64,000 nucleotides of DNA from Candidatus Wolfebacteria bacterium RIFOXYD12_FULL_48_21 (GTDB lineage Bacteria > Patescibacteriota > Minisyncoccia > UBA6257 > UBA9933): contig MGIW01000004.1 of assembly GCA_001793945.1 (NCBI GenBank), positions 26,843 to 90,842 of the forward strand. Direction: 5' to 3'. Every line of letters begins with the position of its first letter. The first letter of the stretch is position 1. Below are positions 1 to 8,247 of the stretch, one piece after another. The position numbers and the translations under genes are program-made. The notes beneath the pieces are model-generated. The model searched no databases, was not told the origin of the DNA, and saw nothing but the letters and a program-made list of their open reading frames with translations.

Positions 1-23
1 AAATCGCATGTAAATGAAACAAA

Positions 24-50
24 AACCCGCCGAATGTTTGGCGGGGTTTT
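24..50. terminator. Bidirectional rho-independent terminator (GC stem cccgcc/ggcggg flanked by A-run and T-run)
   Basis: Hairpin aaaacccgccgaatgtttggcggggtttt just past the 3' end of the minus-strand gene 65..271. Confidence 0.7.
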
Positions 51-64
51 GCAAATAAAAAAGC

Positions 65-271
65 TTACTGTTTGGCAAGCTTCATTGATATGGTGGCAAG
101 ATAAACGGCTGCAAGTCCGACCAAGGTGTATACTATTTTCGAAAGAGCGGACATGGCGCCGAAGATGGTGGCAACGAGATCGAAATTAAAAATGCCCACC
201 AGGCCCCAATTCAAACCACCAACGATAACCAAGACCAACGCGATCCAATCAAGCGTAGAGAGTTTCCTCAT
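65..271 (-). CDS. DUF378-family small membrane protein
   Basis: 68 aa, two TM helices, GGLNWGLVG motif typical of DUF378; flanked by a terminator. Confidence 0.7.
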   Translation of the reverse strand: MRKLSTLDWIALVLVIVGGLNWGLVGIFNFDLVATIFGAMSALSKIVYTLVGLAAVYLATISMKLAKQ

Positions 272-416
272 GGTGCTTATGTTTTATCGGTTAATGTGAT
301 ATGCGTTTCGACCTCCCACGCACTACAGTAAGTATACTATAAAATAGTTGTCAGCAATATATTCGTGGGGATAACAATTATTTGAGGGATGGCGGGAAAA
401 GAACTATAATGGATAT

Positions 417-710
417 ATGAATGTACAAGAACTAAGGGAAAAGCTTAAAAGCGGCGAACGCATAGTGTTGTTGGATGTGCGGGAGCGGGACGAACTAAAG
501 GAAAGCCCTAAAATAGAAAGCGCGGTAAATATTCCGATGGGCGGGGTATCGCTCGAAGAAGAAAAGGGTACCTTCGCAAAAGATATAAAAATAGTGACGA
601 TCTGTAGGTCCGGAGCAAGAAGCGGCATGATAGCGCGGACGCTGAAACAAAAAGGATATGATGTAGAAAACTTGGAAGGCGGCATGCTCGAGTGGGAGCG
701 GACCCAATAA
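417..710 (+). CDS. Single-domain rhodanese-like sulfurtransferase
   Basis: Rhodanese fold with active-site CRSGxRS loop; TATAAT at 403-408 only 8 nt before ATG (leaderless-like). Confidence 0.85.
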   Translation: MNVQELREKLKSGERIVLLDVRERDELKESPKIESAVNIPMGGVSLEEEKGTFAKDIKIVTICRSGARSGMIARTLKQKGYDVENLEGGMLEWERTQ

Positions 711-747
711 ACTACTTTTTCTCATATAATTAACACTACACATAACC

Positions 748-1146
748 ATGAAAGGATTTAACACAAACATAGAGCAAGACACGCACGACAATGATGATTT
801 TCGCAAAGTGCTGTACACGGGAAAGTATTGCCAGCTCGTGCTCATGAGCCTTAAGCCGAACGAGGATATCGGCATGGAGGTGCACGAAGAGAATGATCAA
901 TTCTTCCGTTTCGAGGAAGGGGAGGGTAAATGTATCATCGATGGTAATGAATATGCATTGAGCAACGGATCGGTGATCATCGTTCCGGCTGGTGCGGAAC
1001 ATAACATCATCAATACATCCGATTCCGAAGATCTGAAGCTGTACACGATCTATTCGCCACCGCATCATGAAGATGGTGTTGTGCGCGCGACTAAGGCGGA
1101 AGCGCAAGCGGATAGTCCTGAATTCGACGGCAATACGACCGAATGA
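748..1146 (+). CDS. Cupin-domain protein
   Basis: Cupin_2-like conserved His/Glu beta-barrel motifs (GMEVHEE...; PAGAEHNI). Confidence 0.75.
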   Translation: MKGFNTNIEQDTHDNDDFRKVLYTGKYCQLVLMSLKPNEDIGMEVHEENDQFFRFEEGEGKCIIDGNEYALSNGSVIIVPAGAEHNIINTSDSEDLKLYTIYSPPHHEDGVVRATKAEAQADSPEFDGNTTE

Positions 1147-1152
1147 CGAAGA

Positions 1153-1185
1153 CAAAAAAATCGACCAAATGGTCGATTTTTTGTC
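1153..1185. terminator. Bidirectional rho-independent terminator
   Basis: aaaaaaa-tcgacc-aaat-ggtcga-tttttt between convergent genes. Confidence 0.75.
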
Positions 1186-1189
1186 GGAT

Positions 1190-1390
1190 TTACATGCCCA
1201 GAAACCCAAGCGTCCGATAGATGAGTAGCGCGGGCCATATAATGGCTTTGAGCAGGCCGAGCGCTCCTTCGCCGAATGTAGTCGCCTGCTGAATATAGTA
1301 AACAGCGGCTCCGAGAAATGCCATCCCGTAAATGCAGCTGGAAACGCCGGGGCATGACCCCCCTTTGCACATAGTGGTTGGTGTGTTCAT
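1190..1390 (-). CDS. Small Cys-containing membrane protein (hypothetical)
   Basis: 66-aa ORF, hydrophobic core, bounded by the terminator at 1153-1185; no recognisable family. Confidence 0.4.
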   Translation of the reverse strand: MNTPTTMCKGGSCPGVSSCIYGMAFLGAAVYYIQQATTFGEGALGLLKAIIWPALLIYRTLGFLGM

Positions 1391-1472
1391 GTACTAAGTA
1401 TAGAATGTGGCGCAGACACACGCAAGGTTATCCACGCCTGATAAAAGGTGCATATGGTATACTATAAGTACT

Positions 1473-1853
1473 ATGGATAAAAAGATATTGATCGTGGAGG
1501 ACGATAGGCCGGAGGCAAATGCGCTCGTTGACAAGTTTACGCAGGAAGGGTTTTTGGTGAGCACTGCGGAAAACGGCAAGAAAGGATTGGAACGCGCATT
1601 ACTTGACCATCCTGATCTGATATTGCTCGACATTATAATGCCGGAAATGGACGGGCTTTCCATGCTGAATGAATTACGAAAAGACGAATGGGGCAAGGCG
1701 GTGCCGGTCATCATATTGACCAATCTGAATCCAGACGATGAGATCGTGCGACAAAAAGGGGTGATGGATTTTTCCTATTTCTTGATAAAATCAAATTGGA
1801 AGTTGGACGATGTAATACGCGCGGTCAAGAAGGAATTGGGAATTGCACAATAA
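1473..1853 (+). CDS. Orphan single-domain response regulator (receiver domain only)
   Basis: CheY-like REC: DD pair, phospho-acceptor D in LLDIIMP, T and K motifs; TGGTATACT motif 11 nt upstream of ATG; ORF-track start 1407 probably too early. Confidence 0.85.
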   Translation: MDKKILIVEDDRPEANALVDKFTQEGFLVSTAENGKKGLERALLDHPDLILLDIIMPEMDGLSMLNELRKDEWGKAVPVIILTNLNPDDEIVRQKGVMDFSYFLIKSNWKLDDVIRAVKKELGIAQ

Positions 1854-1854
1854 G

Positions 1855-2403
1855 ATGAAACAACAAACGGAAACGGCGGTCTTTGGCGGGGGATGCTTTT
1901 GGTGTACGGAAGCTATTTTTAATACGCTCAAGGGTGTTATTTTGGCAACGCCCGGGTATTCGGGCGGCCATGTGCCGGACCCGACATACGAGGCGGTCAG
2001 TTCGGGAGCGACAGGCCACGCGGAAGCGACCAAGATAGAGTTTGACCCCAACGAGATTTCGTTCAATGACTTGTTGACGGTCTTTTTTGCGACCCACGAT
2101 CCGACCACGGTAGACAGGCAGGGAGACGATGTTGGCACGCAATATCGGTCCGCAATTTTTTATACAAGCGAAGATCAACGGGTGCAAGCGGAGGAATATA
2201 TGAAGAAGATCGCAGGTTCCTTTTCGGACCAGATCGTTACCGAATTAAAACCGTTCGAAGTATTTTACGAGGCGGAAGATTATCATAAGCGCTATTACGA
2301 AAACCATAAGGACGCGCCGTATTGTCGCGCGGTCATTGATCCAAAAATGGAAAAGTTACAAAAGCAGTTTGCCGAGCTGCTAAAAGAACATGCAAAACAA
2401 TGA
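1855..2403 (+). CDS. msrA: Peptide-methionine (S)-S-oxide reductase
   Basis: GGGCFWC catalytic motif; stop overlaps the msrB start (ATGA). Confidence 0.92.
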   Translation: MKQQTETAVFGGGCFWCTEAIFNTLKGVILATPGYSGGHVPDPTYEAVSSGATGHAEATKIEFDPNEISFNDLLTVFFATHDPTTVDRQGDDVGTQYRSAIFYTSEDQRVQAEEYMKKIAGSFSDQIVTELKPFEVFYEAEDYHKRYYENHKDAPYCRAVIDPKMEKLQKQFAELLKEHAKQ

Positions 2404-2789
2404 AAAAAGACGAAGAATTGCCGCCGGAGTTGTACCGCATCGCGCGGGGAAAGGGAACGGAAGCGCCGTTTACCGGAAAGTATTGGGATGCGCACGAAAA
2501 AGGAATGTACAAGTGTGCCATATGCGGAACGGAATTGTTTTCTTCAGATACGAAGTTTGATTCGGGAACGGGGTGGCCAAGTTTTACTGAACCGACGAAT
2601 CTCGAACATATCGAATTGCGCACGGATGAGACTGGAGGAGTGCATCGCACGGAAGTGGTGTGCAAGAAATGCGGAGCGCATTTAGGGCATGTGTTTGATG
2701 ACGGTCCGGCGGGAAAGGGCGGAAAGCGGTTTTGCATCAATTCGGCATGTCTTGAGCTGGAAAAGAGCGGAGAAAAGGAAGATATGTAA
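2400..2789 (+). CDS. msrB: Peptide-methionine (R)-S-oxide reductase
   Basis: SelR domain with two CxxC zinc pairs and the GWPSF / HLGHVF motifs. Confidence 0.92.
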   Translation: MKKDEELPPELYRIARGKGTEAPFTGKYWDAHEKGMYKCAICGTELFSSDTKFDSGTGWPSFTEPTNLEHIELRTDETGGVHRTEVVCKKCGAHLGHVFDDGPAGKGGKRFCINSACLELEKSGEKEDM

Positions 2790-2843
2790 CAAAATAGGGT
2801 AGAAATGCGTTATACTTAATAATAAACCTAACTAAAAGTAATC

Positions 2844-4094
2844 ATGCATATAAAACAATGGGTGACCGGTCTAATGGTCACAGGGCTCATATTCGGAAAT
2901 GTGTTTGTCGCTTCGGCACAAACGGCAACGACAACGACCGCGTCATTGCAGGCGCTGATACAGACATTGCAAGAGCAAATTAAAAGCCTGAACGCGCAGA
3001 TGCAAGCGATCAAGCAGGCGCAAAGTCAGGTAGTGGCAACAGGGGGCGAAATAAAGGATACGCTTAAACTGATCAGTCAGTTGCGCGAGGGCGCGGAGGG
3101 TGAAGATGTAAAATTGTTACAGGCGGTATTGGCGGCAGACTCGACTATTTATCCGGAAGGGCGCATCACGGGTTATTACGGAAAACTGACCGCGCAGGCG
3201 GTAAAACGTTTTCAGCGGGCAAACGGCTTGGATCAGGTGGGCAATGTCGGGCCAAAAACGCTTGAAAAAATAGGAGCGGCGTTGGAGAAAAATAAGGTAA
3301 CAACGGAAGTGCGCAATGGTGCAAAGACGATTTGTGCTATCGTACCGCCGGGACATTTGATCGCTCCGGGATGGCTCAAGAAGCAGAACGGCAATGCACC
3401 TATCGTTCCGGTATGCCAAACGCTGCCGGCAGGGATAGCGGCAAAGATTGGATCGGCGACATCGACGCCACCGACTGCGACCACGACGCCTGATGTCGTT
3501 GCTCCGGTGATCACGCAGATCGTGGTAACGGGGACAACGGCAACAGGAACAACGGTAACATGGACCACGAACGAAGCGGCAACGAGCATGGTATGGTATG
3601 GCACATCGACACCGGTTGCCACAGGGACCGCATCGTCGGTAAGCTCGGCAACATTGACGCAGGGTCACTCGGTCGCATTGACCGGTCTCTCTGCAAATAC
3701 GACCTATTATATCATTATCGGTTCTACGGATGCGGCAGGTAATACCGCGATGTCGGCGCAATATTCATTTGTGACGGCAGCACTGCCAGATACAAATGCT
3801 CCGATCATGTCCAGTCTTTCAGTGGTGGGTATTACGGCGACTTCCTCGCGCGTTACATGGACCACGAACGAAGCGGCAACCGGCAAGGTATGGTATGGCA
3901 CATCGACTCCAGTAGTAACGACGGGAGTTCCGGCGGCGGTCGAGAAGACGCTTTCGGTGGGTCATGACCTGTTGATCGACAATCTTACAGCGGGTACGAC
4001 CTATTATTATGTGGTATCGTCCACCGATGCTACCGGCAATGTGGCAACCTCAACCGAGGCAACATTCCAAACAGTACAGCAGTCTTCGTACTAA
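2844..4094 (+). CDS. Secreted protein with peptidoglycan-binding domain and two tandem Fn3-like repeats
   Basis: Signal peptide; PG_binding_1-like block (GYYGKLTAQAVKRFQRANGLDQVGNVGPKT); two roughly 95-aa repeats (VTWTTNEAAT..VWYGTST..TTYYxxxxSTDAxGN) also repeated at the DNA level (about 3510-3790 and 3810-4080). Confidence 0.8.
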   Translation: MHIKQWVTGLMVTGLIFGNVFVASAQTATTTTASLQALIQTLQEQIKSLNAQMQAIKQAQSQVVATGGEIKDTLKLISQLREGAEGEDVKLLQAVLAADSTIYPEGRITGYYGKLTAQAVKRFQRANGLDQVGNVGPKTLEKIGAALEKNKVTTEVRNGAKTICAIVPPGHLIAPGWLKKQNGNAPIVPVCQTLPAGIAAKIGSATSTPPTATTTPDVVAPVITQIVVTGTTATGTTVTWTTNEAATSMVWYGTSTPVATGTASSVSSATLTQGHSVALTGLSANTTYYIIIGSTDAAGNTAMSAQYSFVTAALPDTNAPIMSSLSVVGITATSSRVTWTTNEAATGKVWYGTSTPVVTTGVPAAVEKTLSVGHDLLIDNLTAGTTYYYVVSSTDATGNVATSTEATFQTVQQSSY

Positions 4095-4107
4095 AATAAT
4101 ATGAACA

Positions 4108-4136
4108 AAAACGACCCGAAAGGGTCGTTTTTGTTA
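4108..4136. terminator. Bidirectional rho-independent terminator
   Basis: aaaaacgacccgaaagggtcgttttt between convergent genes. Confidence 0.8.
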
Positions 4137-4556
4137 GGCAATGCGCCGGGCGTGGCATTTGTCGCAGCGGCATCCGAGCGGTTTGATATATTCCTTGAAG
4201 TACTCGGTACCGTAGTCATAGGAAAGCTCCTCCCCTGATTTGATGTTTTTGATCGAGTGGATGGTTACCATGCCTTTGGCAACGCGCGATTCGCAGTTCG
4301 GTCGACAGGAGTGGTTGATGTAGCGGGCGGTGTTGTGGTGCCCTTTGCCGTCGATTGTCCATTTGGTGTTGATGTTGAACAGATAGCGTCCGCCGCGGCG
4401 GTCTGCTTCTGCGTTGGCGATCTTTTCGCCAGTGTATTCGATGATGAACGCCCCCTTGGGAATATCGGTCACTGCGAACAGGCCGAGTCCGGCGCCGGCA
4501 CGGGATCGTTTTACGGCAAACACGGGTTTATCGATTGTTGTTTTTTTAGCAGGCAT
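4134..4556 (-). CDS. SET-domain protein (putative protein lysine methyltransferase) with post-SET Cys cluster
   Basis: GxG, RYINHSCRPNC and ELSYDY motifs plus C-terminal CRCDKC; monocistronic, terminators on both sides. Confidence 0.85.
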   Translation of the reverse strand: MPAKKTTIDKPVFAVKRSRAGAGLGLFAVTDIPKGAFIIEYTGEKIANAEADRRGGRYLFNINTKWTIDGKGHHNTARYINHSCRPNCESRVAKGMVTIHSIKNIKSGEELSYDYGTEYFKEYIKPLGCRCDKCHARRIA

Positions 4557-4703
4557 AATTCGTTAAATAAGTAGTAATGTTGTTTATAATATCGCATTGC
4601 ATGACAGTGTACAATAGGGGAGGTGGCGTGCCCCGTGACGCAGAGCGTTTTACGGGGTATACTAAGAAAAAGGTCGGTATGAAAATATCGAAGTGAAATA
4701 AAT

Positions 4704-4913
4704 ATGAAAAACATAAATTACGACCTGCTAAAACTATTGCACACGAAACTGGACACCGTGTGGCGATTGGAAAAGCATTATATCGAAGATGCGGATAAGG
4801 CGCAGTGCCACAGTATCGGTGCAATGAAGCAGATACTCGAAGAAGATAAAAAGCAAATAGCGATGCTCAACGAAGAGATCAAAATGCGCATGGATGCAGA
4901 GGAATGGGATTAA
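4704..4913 (+). CDS. Small coiled-coil hypothetical protein
   Basis: 69-aa ORF between a GGTATACT promoter motif (about 4653) and the terminator at 4920-4944. Confidence 0.5.
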   Translation: MKNINYDLLKLLHTKLDTVWRLEKHYIEDADKAQCHSIGAMKQILEEDKKQIAMLNEEIKMRMDAEEWD

Positions 4914-4919
4914 CAAAAA

Positions 4920-4944
4920 CCGCCGATATATCGGCGGTTTTTGT
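4920..4944 (+). terminator. Rho-independent terminator
   Basis: accgccgatatatcggcggtttttg. Confidence 0.8.
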
Positions 4945-4979
4945 TGGAAAAAAGGAAAATACCCGATATACTGAAGCAT

Positions 4980-5663
4980 ATGTCGCATAACGAATGGCAG
5001 ATCGTAAAGAATATCGGAAAGGCGGGGTTATTGATCGTGTTAATTGGCACAAGCATTGTGCAACCATTGTACCTTTTGTTGGGTGGATCGGGTGCGGCAC
5101 TCGCCGTGCATGTGATCGTGATAGGCATTCTTTTGAAACTGTTGTGGAGCGTGTTTCGTGATATTCGCGTGCGTACGCAGGGCGCCGGCGGTGAAGCGGG
5201 TGTGCGCGTGGCACTTAAGGGGTTGGATGATCGATTTCGCGTGCTGGGAAGTGTGGTGATCGGCAACAAGGGAGATATCGATTTTGTGGTAGTGGGTCCT
5301 ACGGGTATATGGGTCATTGAAGTAAAAAGCCATAAAGGCCGAATTCGCATCGAGGGTGGGCGGTTGTTGCGGAACGAAAAGCCGTTCGACAAAAATTTCA
5401 TTCGGCAGGTATGGGGTGCAACCTATGCGCTGAAAGATGCGTTAAAGCGGCGCATGCCGAAACAATTGCATATACAGCCGGTTGTGGTGTTTTCAAGCAA
5501 GTACGCGCGAGTGGGCGTAGATCTGCAAAAGATCGATAATGCATATGTGGTCGGAGTAGATCAGCTGATACGCCTGATAGAGCGACAGGAAGTACAGCGG
5601 TTGACCTCCGATGAAGTGGAGCGAATATTCGACGCAATAAGAAATGCCATCCGCGGAAATTAA
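4980..5663 (+). CDS. Membrane-anchored NERD-domain protein (nuclease-related domain)
   Basis: Two N-terminal TM helices then NERD core (GDIDFVVVGPTGIWVIEVKSHKG); ORF open from 4941 (TTG) but the ATG at 4980 follows a GATATACT motif. Confidence 0.8.
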   Translation: MSHNEWQIVKNIGKAGLLIVLIGTSIVQPLYLLLGGSGAALAVHVIVIGILLKLLWSVFRDIRVRTQGAGGEAGVRVALKGLDDRFRVLGSVVIGNKGDIDFVVVGPTGIWVIEVKSHKGRIRIEGGRLLRNEKPFDKNFIRQVWGATYALKDALKRRMPKQLHIQPVVVFSSKYARVGVDLQKIDNAYVVGVDQLIRLIERQEVQRLTSDEVERIFDAIRNAIRGN

Positions 5664-5667
5664 ACAT

Positions 5668-6276
5668 ATGAAACCGAAAAAACAGTATGCATATAGCGTG
5701 CCTTCGATCGGCGCGCAGGGGATAACGGATAGTTGGGAAGAGTGCAAGGCGATCGTGTCGGGAAAGCGCGATGCGCGGTACAAGGGGTTTAAGACGCGAC
5801 AGGAGGCGGAGGCATGGTTGCATGCGGGCGCGCGCTATGAAGTAAAGGTAAAGAAGGAAAACATGCCGGGCATTTATTTCGATGCGGGCACGGGCCGGGG
5901 GAAAGGCGTCGAGATCAGCGTGACGGATGAAAATGGCACGGACCTGCTGGCGAAGATTGTGGATAAGGAGTTTATCAACGAGCATGGCAAGCATCTGCTG
6001 TCCGCGGATAAAACGAACAATTACGGAGAATTGCTCGCGTGCAAGCATGCAATAGAACTTGCGTTGCGGGAAGGAGTGAAGGATGTATTTGGCGACAGTA
6101 AGATCATCATCGATTATTGGTCAAAGGGTCGCATCAAGGTGGAGGGAATAGCGCCTGAAACACGCGTGCTTGCATTTGAAGTGAAAAAACTACGCGATGC
6201 ATTTGAGGCGCAAGGTGGTTCGGTACATCGCGTATCCGGGGATGATAATCCTGCGGATCTTGGGTTTCATCGATAA
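5668..6276 (+). CDS. rnhA: RNase H (type 1) with N-terminal hybrid-binding / caulimovirus-VI-like domain
   Basis: N-terminal roughly 45-aa HBD (YAYSVPSIGAQGITDSWEECK...FKTRQEAEAWL); RNase H catalytic D/E/D/D: FDAGTGRG, NNYGELLA, DSKIIID, HRVSGDDNPADLG; start 4 nt after the NERD stop. Confidence 0.8.
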   Translation: MKPKKQYAYSVPSIGAQGITDSWEECKAIVSGKRDARYKGFKTRQEAEAWLHAGARYEVKVKKENMPGIYFDAGTGRGKGVEISVTDENGTDLLAKIVDKEFINEHGKHLLSADKTNNYGELLACKHAIELALREGVKDVFGDSKIIIDYWSKGRIKVEGIAPETRVLAFEVKKLRDAFEAQGGSVHRVSGDDNPADLGFHR

Positions 6277-6354
6277 CGACATATAGGGCGGGAATCATCT
6301 TCGTGGTATACTAAGCATAGAGAATATAATGCGTGCAGAGATACTAATCGGCTT

Positions 6355-7644
6355 ATGATATACAATACAAACCACTACACCATTGCCGACCTTTTTAGGG
6401 AGAGTGGGAATGTCCGCTATGTAATCCCGAAGTTCCAGCGGGAATATATTTGGTCCCGTGAAAACTGGCAGATATTGTTCGACGATATGCTGGAGGGTAA
6501 CGGCGAAGGTAATTTTATCGGCTCGATTCTGTGTGTCAAAAACGAAACGCCGTCGATTCCGGAAGTGCAGGAGTTGGAGGTTGTGGATGGGCAGCAACGC
6601 CTCGCGACTATTTCGTTGTTGCTATGCGCGCTTTACACGACCATCAAAGACAGGTCAGATAATAGATTCGCTGCGGTGGATGATCTGCTGAAGACCATTA
6701 AAACGCGATTGGTACATGAAGGGGCGGGCTTGCAAATGAAGGTGGTTTTATCGCAACAGCATGGGAATCTCGCCGATTATGGGGCGCTTTTGGCGGACCT
6801 TGGTTTGTTAAAAATGGGAGATGAGGTAAAGGGAAAAAAGGTGAGAAAAATATACAAGGCGTACGCGTATTTTCTTGATCGGCTCAAGGAATACGATGTG
6901 GACGGTTTGAGAAAGTTACTCTCTTGGGTAGATACTATTTTGGTGGTTATGATAGAGGTCAGTTCGCACGCGGATGCGTTTATGCTGTTTGAGGGCTTGA
7001 ACGACCGTGGTGTGCCGCTGGCGGCTGGCGATCTTATCAAAAATAAAATGTTGTCGGAGCTGGAGCGAAAGGGTATGAATATAGACGATGCATTTAAGGG
7101 TTGGAATATGTTCTTGGATAATGTGGTCAATCATACCGTGCAAGAGCGGTTTTTGCGCCAGTATTACAATGTGTTTCACTTGTTCCGTCACGAGTTAAAG
7201 ATCGATGCGATAGAAAAAGCGACAAAGGCAAATTTGGTAAAGATATATGAATCGTTGATCTCGCGCGATGCAAAGCTGTTGTTCGATGAATTGGTTGCAA
7301 AGTCGGCGACATATCATGCGTTGATGAAAGGAGACGAAAAGCATCCGTTGTTCGGATCACTATCGACCGAGCTGGAAGCGCTCGCCGATGCCAAGGCATC
7401 GCCGGCATATATGGTACTGCTGTATCTCGCATCCGCAAATGTAGGCGATCAAGCTTTTTATAAAAAGGTCATCGACGCGCTGACAAGCTACTTCAATAAA
7501 CGGAATCTGACGGATTATCACGAAGAAAAAGATGTAGACCTGTTTTTTATGGATCTGATCAAAAAAATAGAGGAAGACAAGGCAAATCGGCTCAATGCGG
7601 ACTATATCGCCGGCTATCTAACCCATACAATCTATTTAAAATAA
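6355..7644 (+). CDS. DUF262 (GmrSD N-terminal / ParB-like nuclease) domain protein, no DUF1524/HNH partner domain
   Basis: DGQQR motif at 75-82 and downstream F..LN.RG..L...DLIKN block; own promoter motif at 6303. Confidence 0.8.
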   Translation: MIYNTNHYTIADLFRESGNVRYVIPKFQREYIWSRENWQILFDDMLEGNGEGNFIGSILCVKNETPSIPEVQELEVVDGQQRLATISLLLCALYTTIKDRSDNRFAAVDDLLKTIKTRLVHEGAGLQMKVVLSQQHGNLADYGALLADLGLLKMGDEVKGKKVRKIYKAYAYFLDRLKEYDVDGLRKLLSWVDTILVVMIEVSSHADAFMLFEGLNDRGVPLAAGDLIKNKMLSELERKGMNIDDAFKGWNMFLDNVVNHTVQERFLRQYYNVFHLFRHELKIDAIEKATKANLVKIYESLISRDAKLLFDELVAKSATYHALMKGDEKHPLFGSLSTELEALADAKASPAYMVLLYLASANVGDQAFYKKVIDALTSYFNKRNLTDYHEEKDVDLFFMDLIKKIEEDKANRLNADYIAGYLTHTIYLK

Positions 7645-7935
7645 AATTATCCGCGCACTATGTCTGCGAGCTTGTAAAATAGGGCGCTTCCACATTCTGT
7701 ATTCTCAGTGCGAGCCTGTGAAAATGCCGGATAAAATGGGCGCAAAAAATTTCCTCAGAAAACCCGTTGTTTGAGCGGCGCGCAGGAGCGAGTTCGGGTT
7801 TTCGTAAGAAATTTTCAAGCCCATTCCGTCATTTTTATTCGCTCGCGATTTTTGCCCTACTTTTACTAAAAAAGTAGGAAAAAGCGGATTCCGGCCTATG
7901 CCGGAATGATAGATTTTAGCGATGCGCAACTTAGG

Positions 7936-7964
7936 TTGACACCGAATACTATATATTGTATAGT
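7936..7964 (+). promoter_or_regulatory. Sigma70-like promoter (TTGACA-17-TATAGT) giving a roughly 270-nt 5' UTR for the DEAD-box helicase
   Basis: Consensus spacing; next start codon is at 8248. Confidence 0.5.
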
Positions 7965-8247
7965 GAATCGTCAGTTCAAATTAAATCAGTTCGGTCTCGA
8001 AAGACGCCGACGGATTCCTTATCGCCACCCGTACATACGGAGACCGTAGGCGAATGAACTTCTTGTCATGTTATTGCTATGTGATTCGAGTTACCATAAG
8101 GAATCACACAACCGAAATGCACAATTTTGGCGAACTGCATCGTTGCCTTCCTCGTTTGCTCCCGCGGAGTAGTTTACTACACCTTGGTTGCAAGCCTCGT
8201 CGGCGCCTTGCATTTCATCCAAAATGGCGCGTTTCAAACAATAATGT

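Noticed and set aside
3117-3761. 214-aa Arg/Cys-rich minus-strand ORF
   Set aside because: Antisense to the Fn3-repeat secreted protein; composition artefact.
7705-7929. 74-aa minus-strand ORF in the 600-bp gap
   Set aside because: No start context, low-complexity composition; the region is better explained as UTR or decayed sequence.
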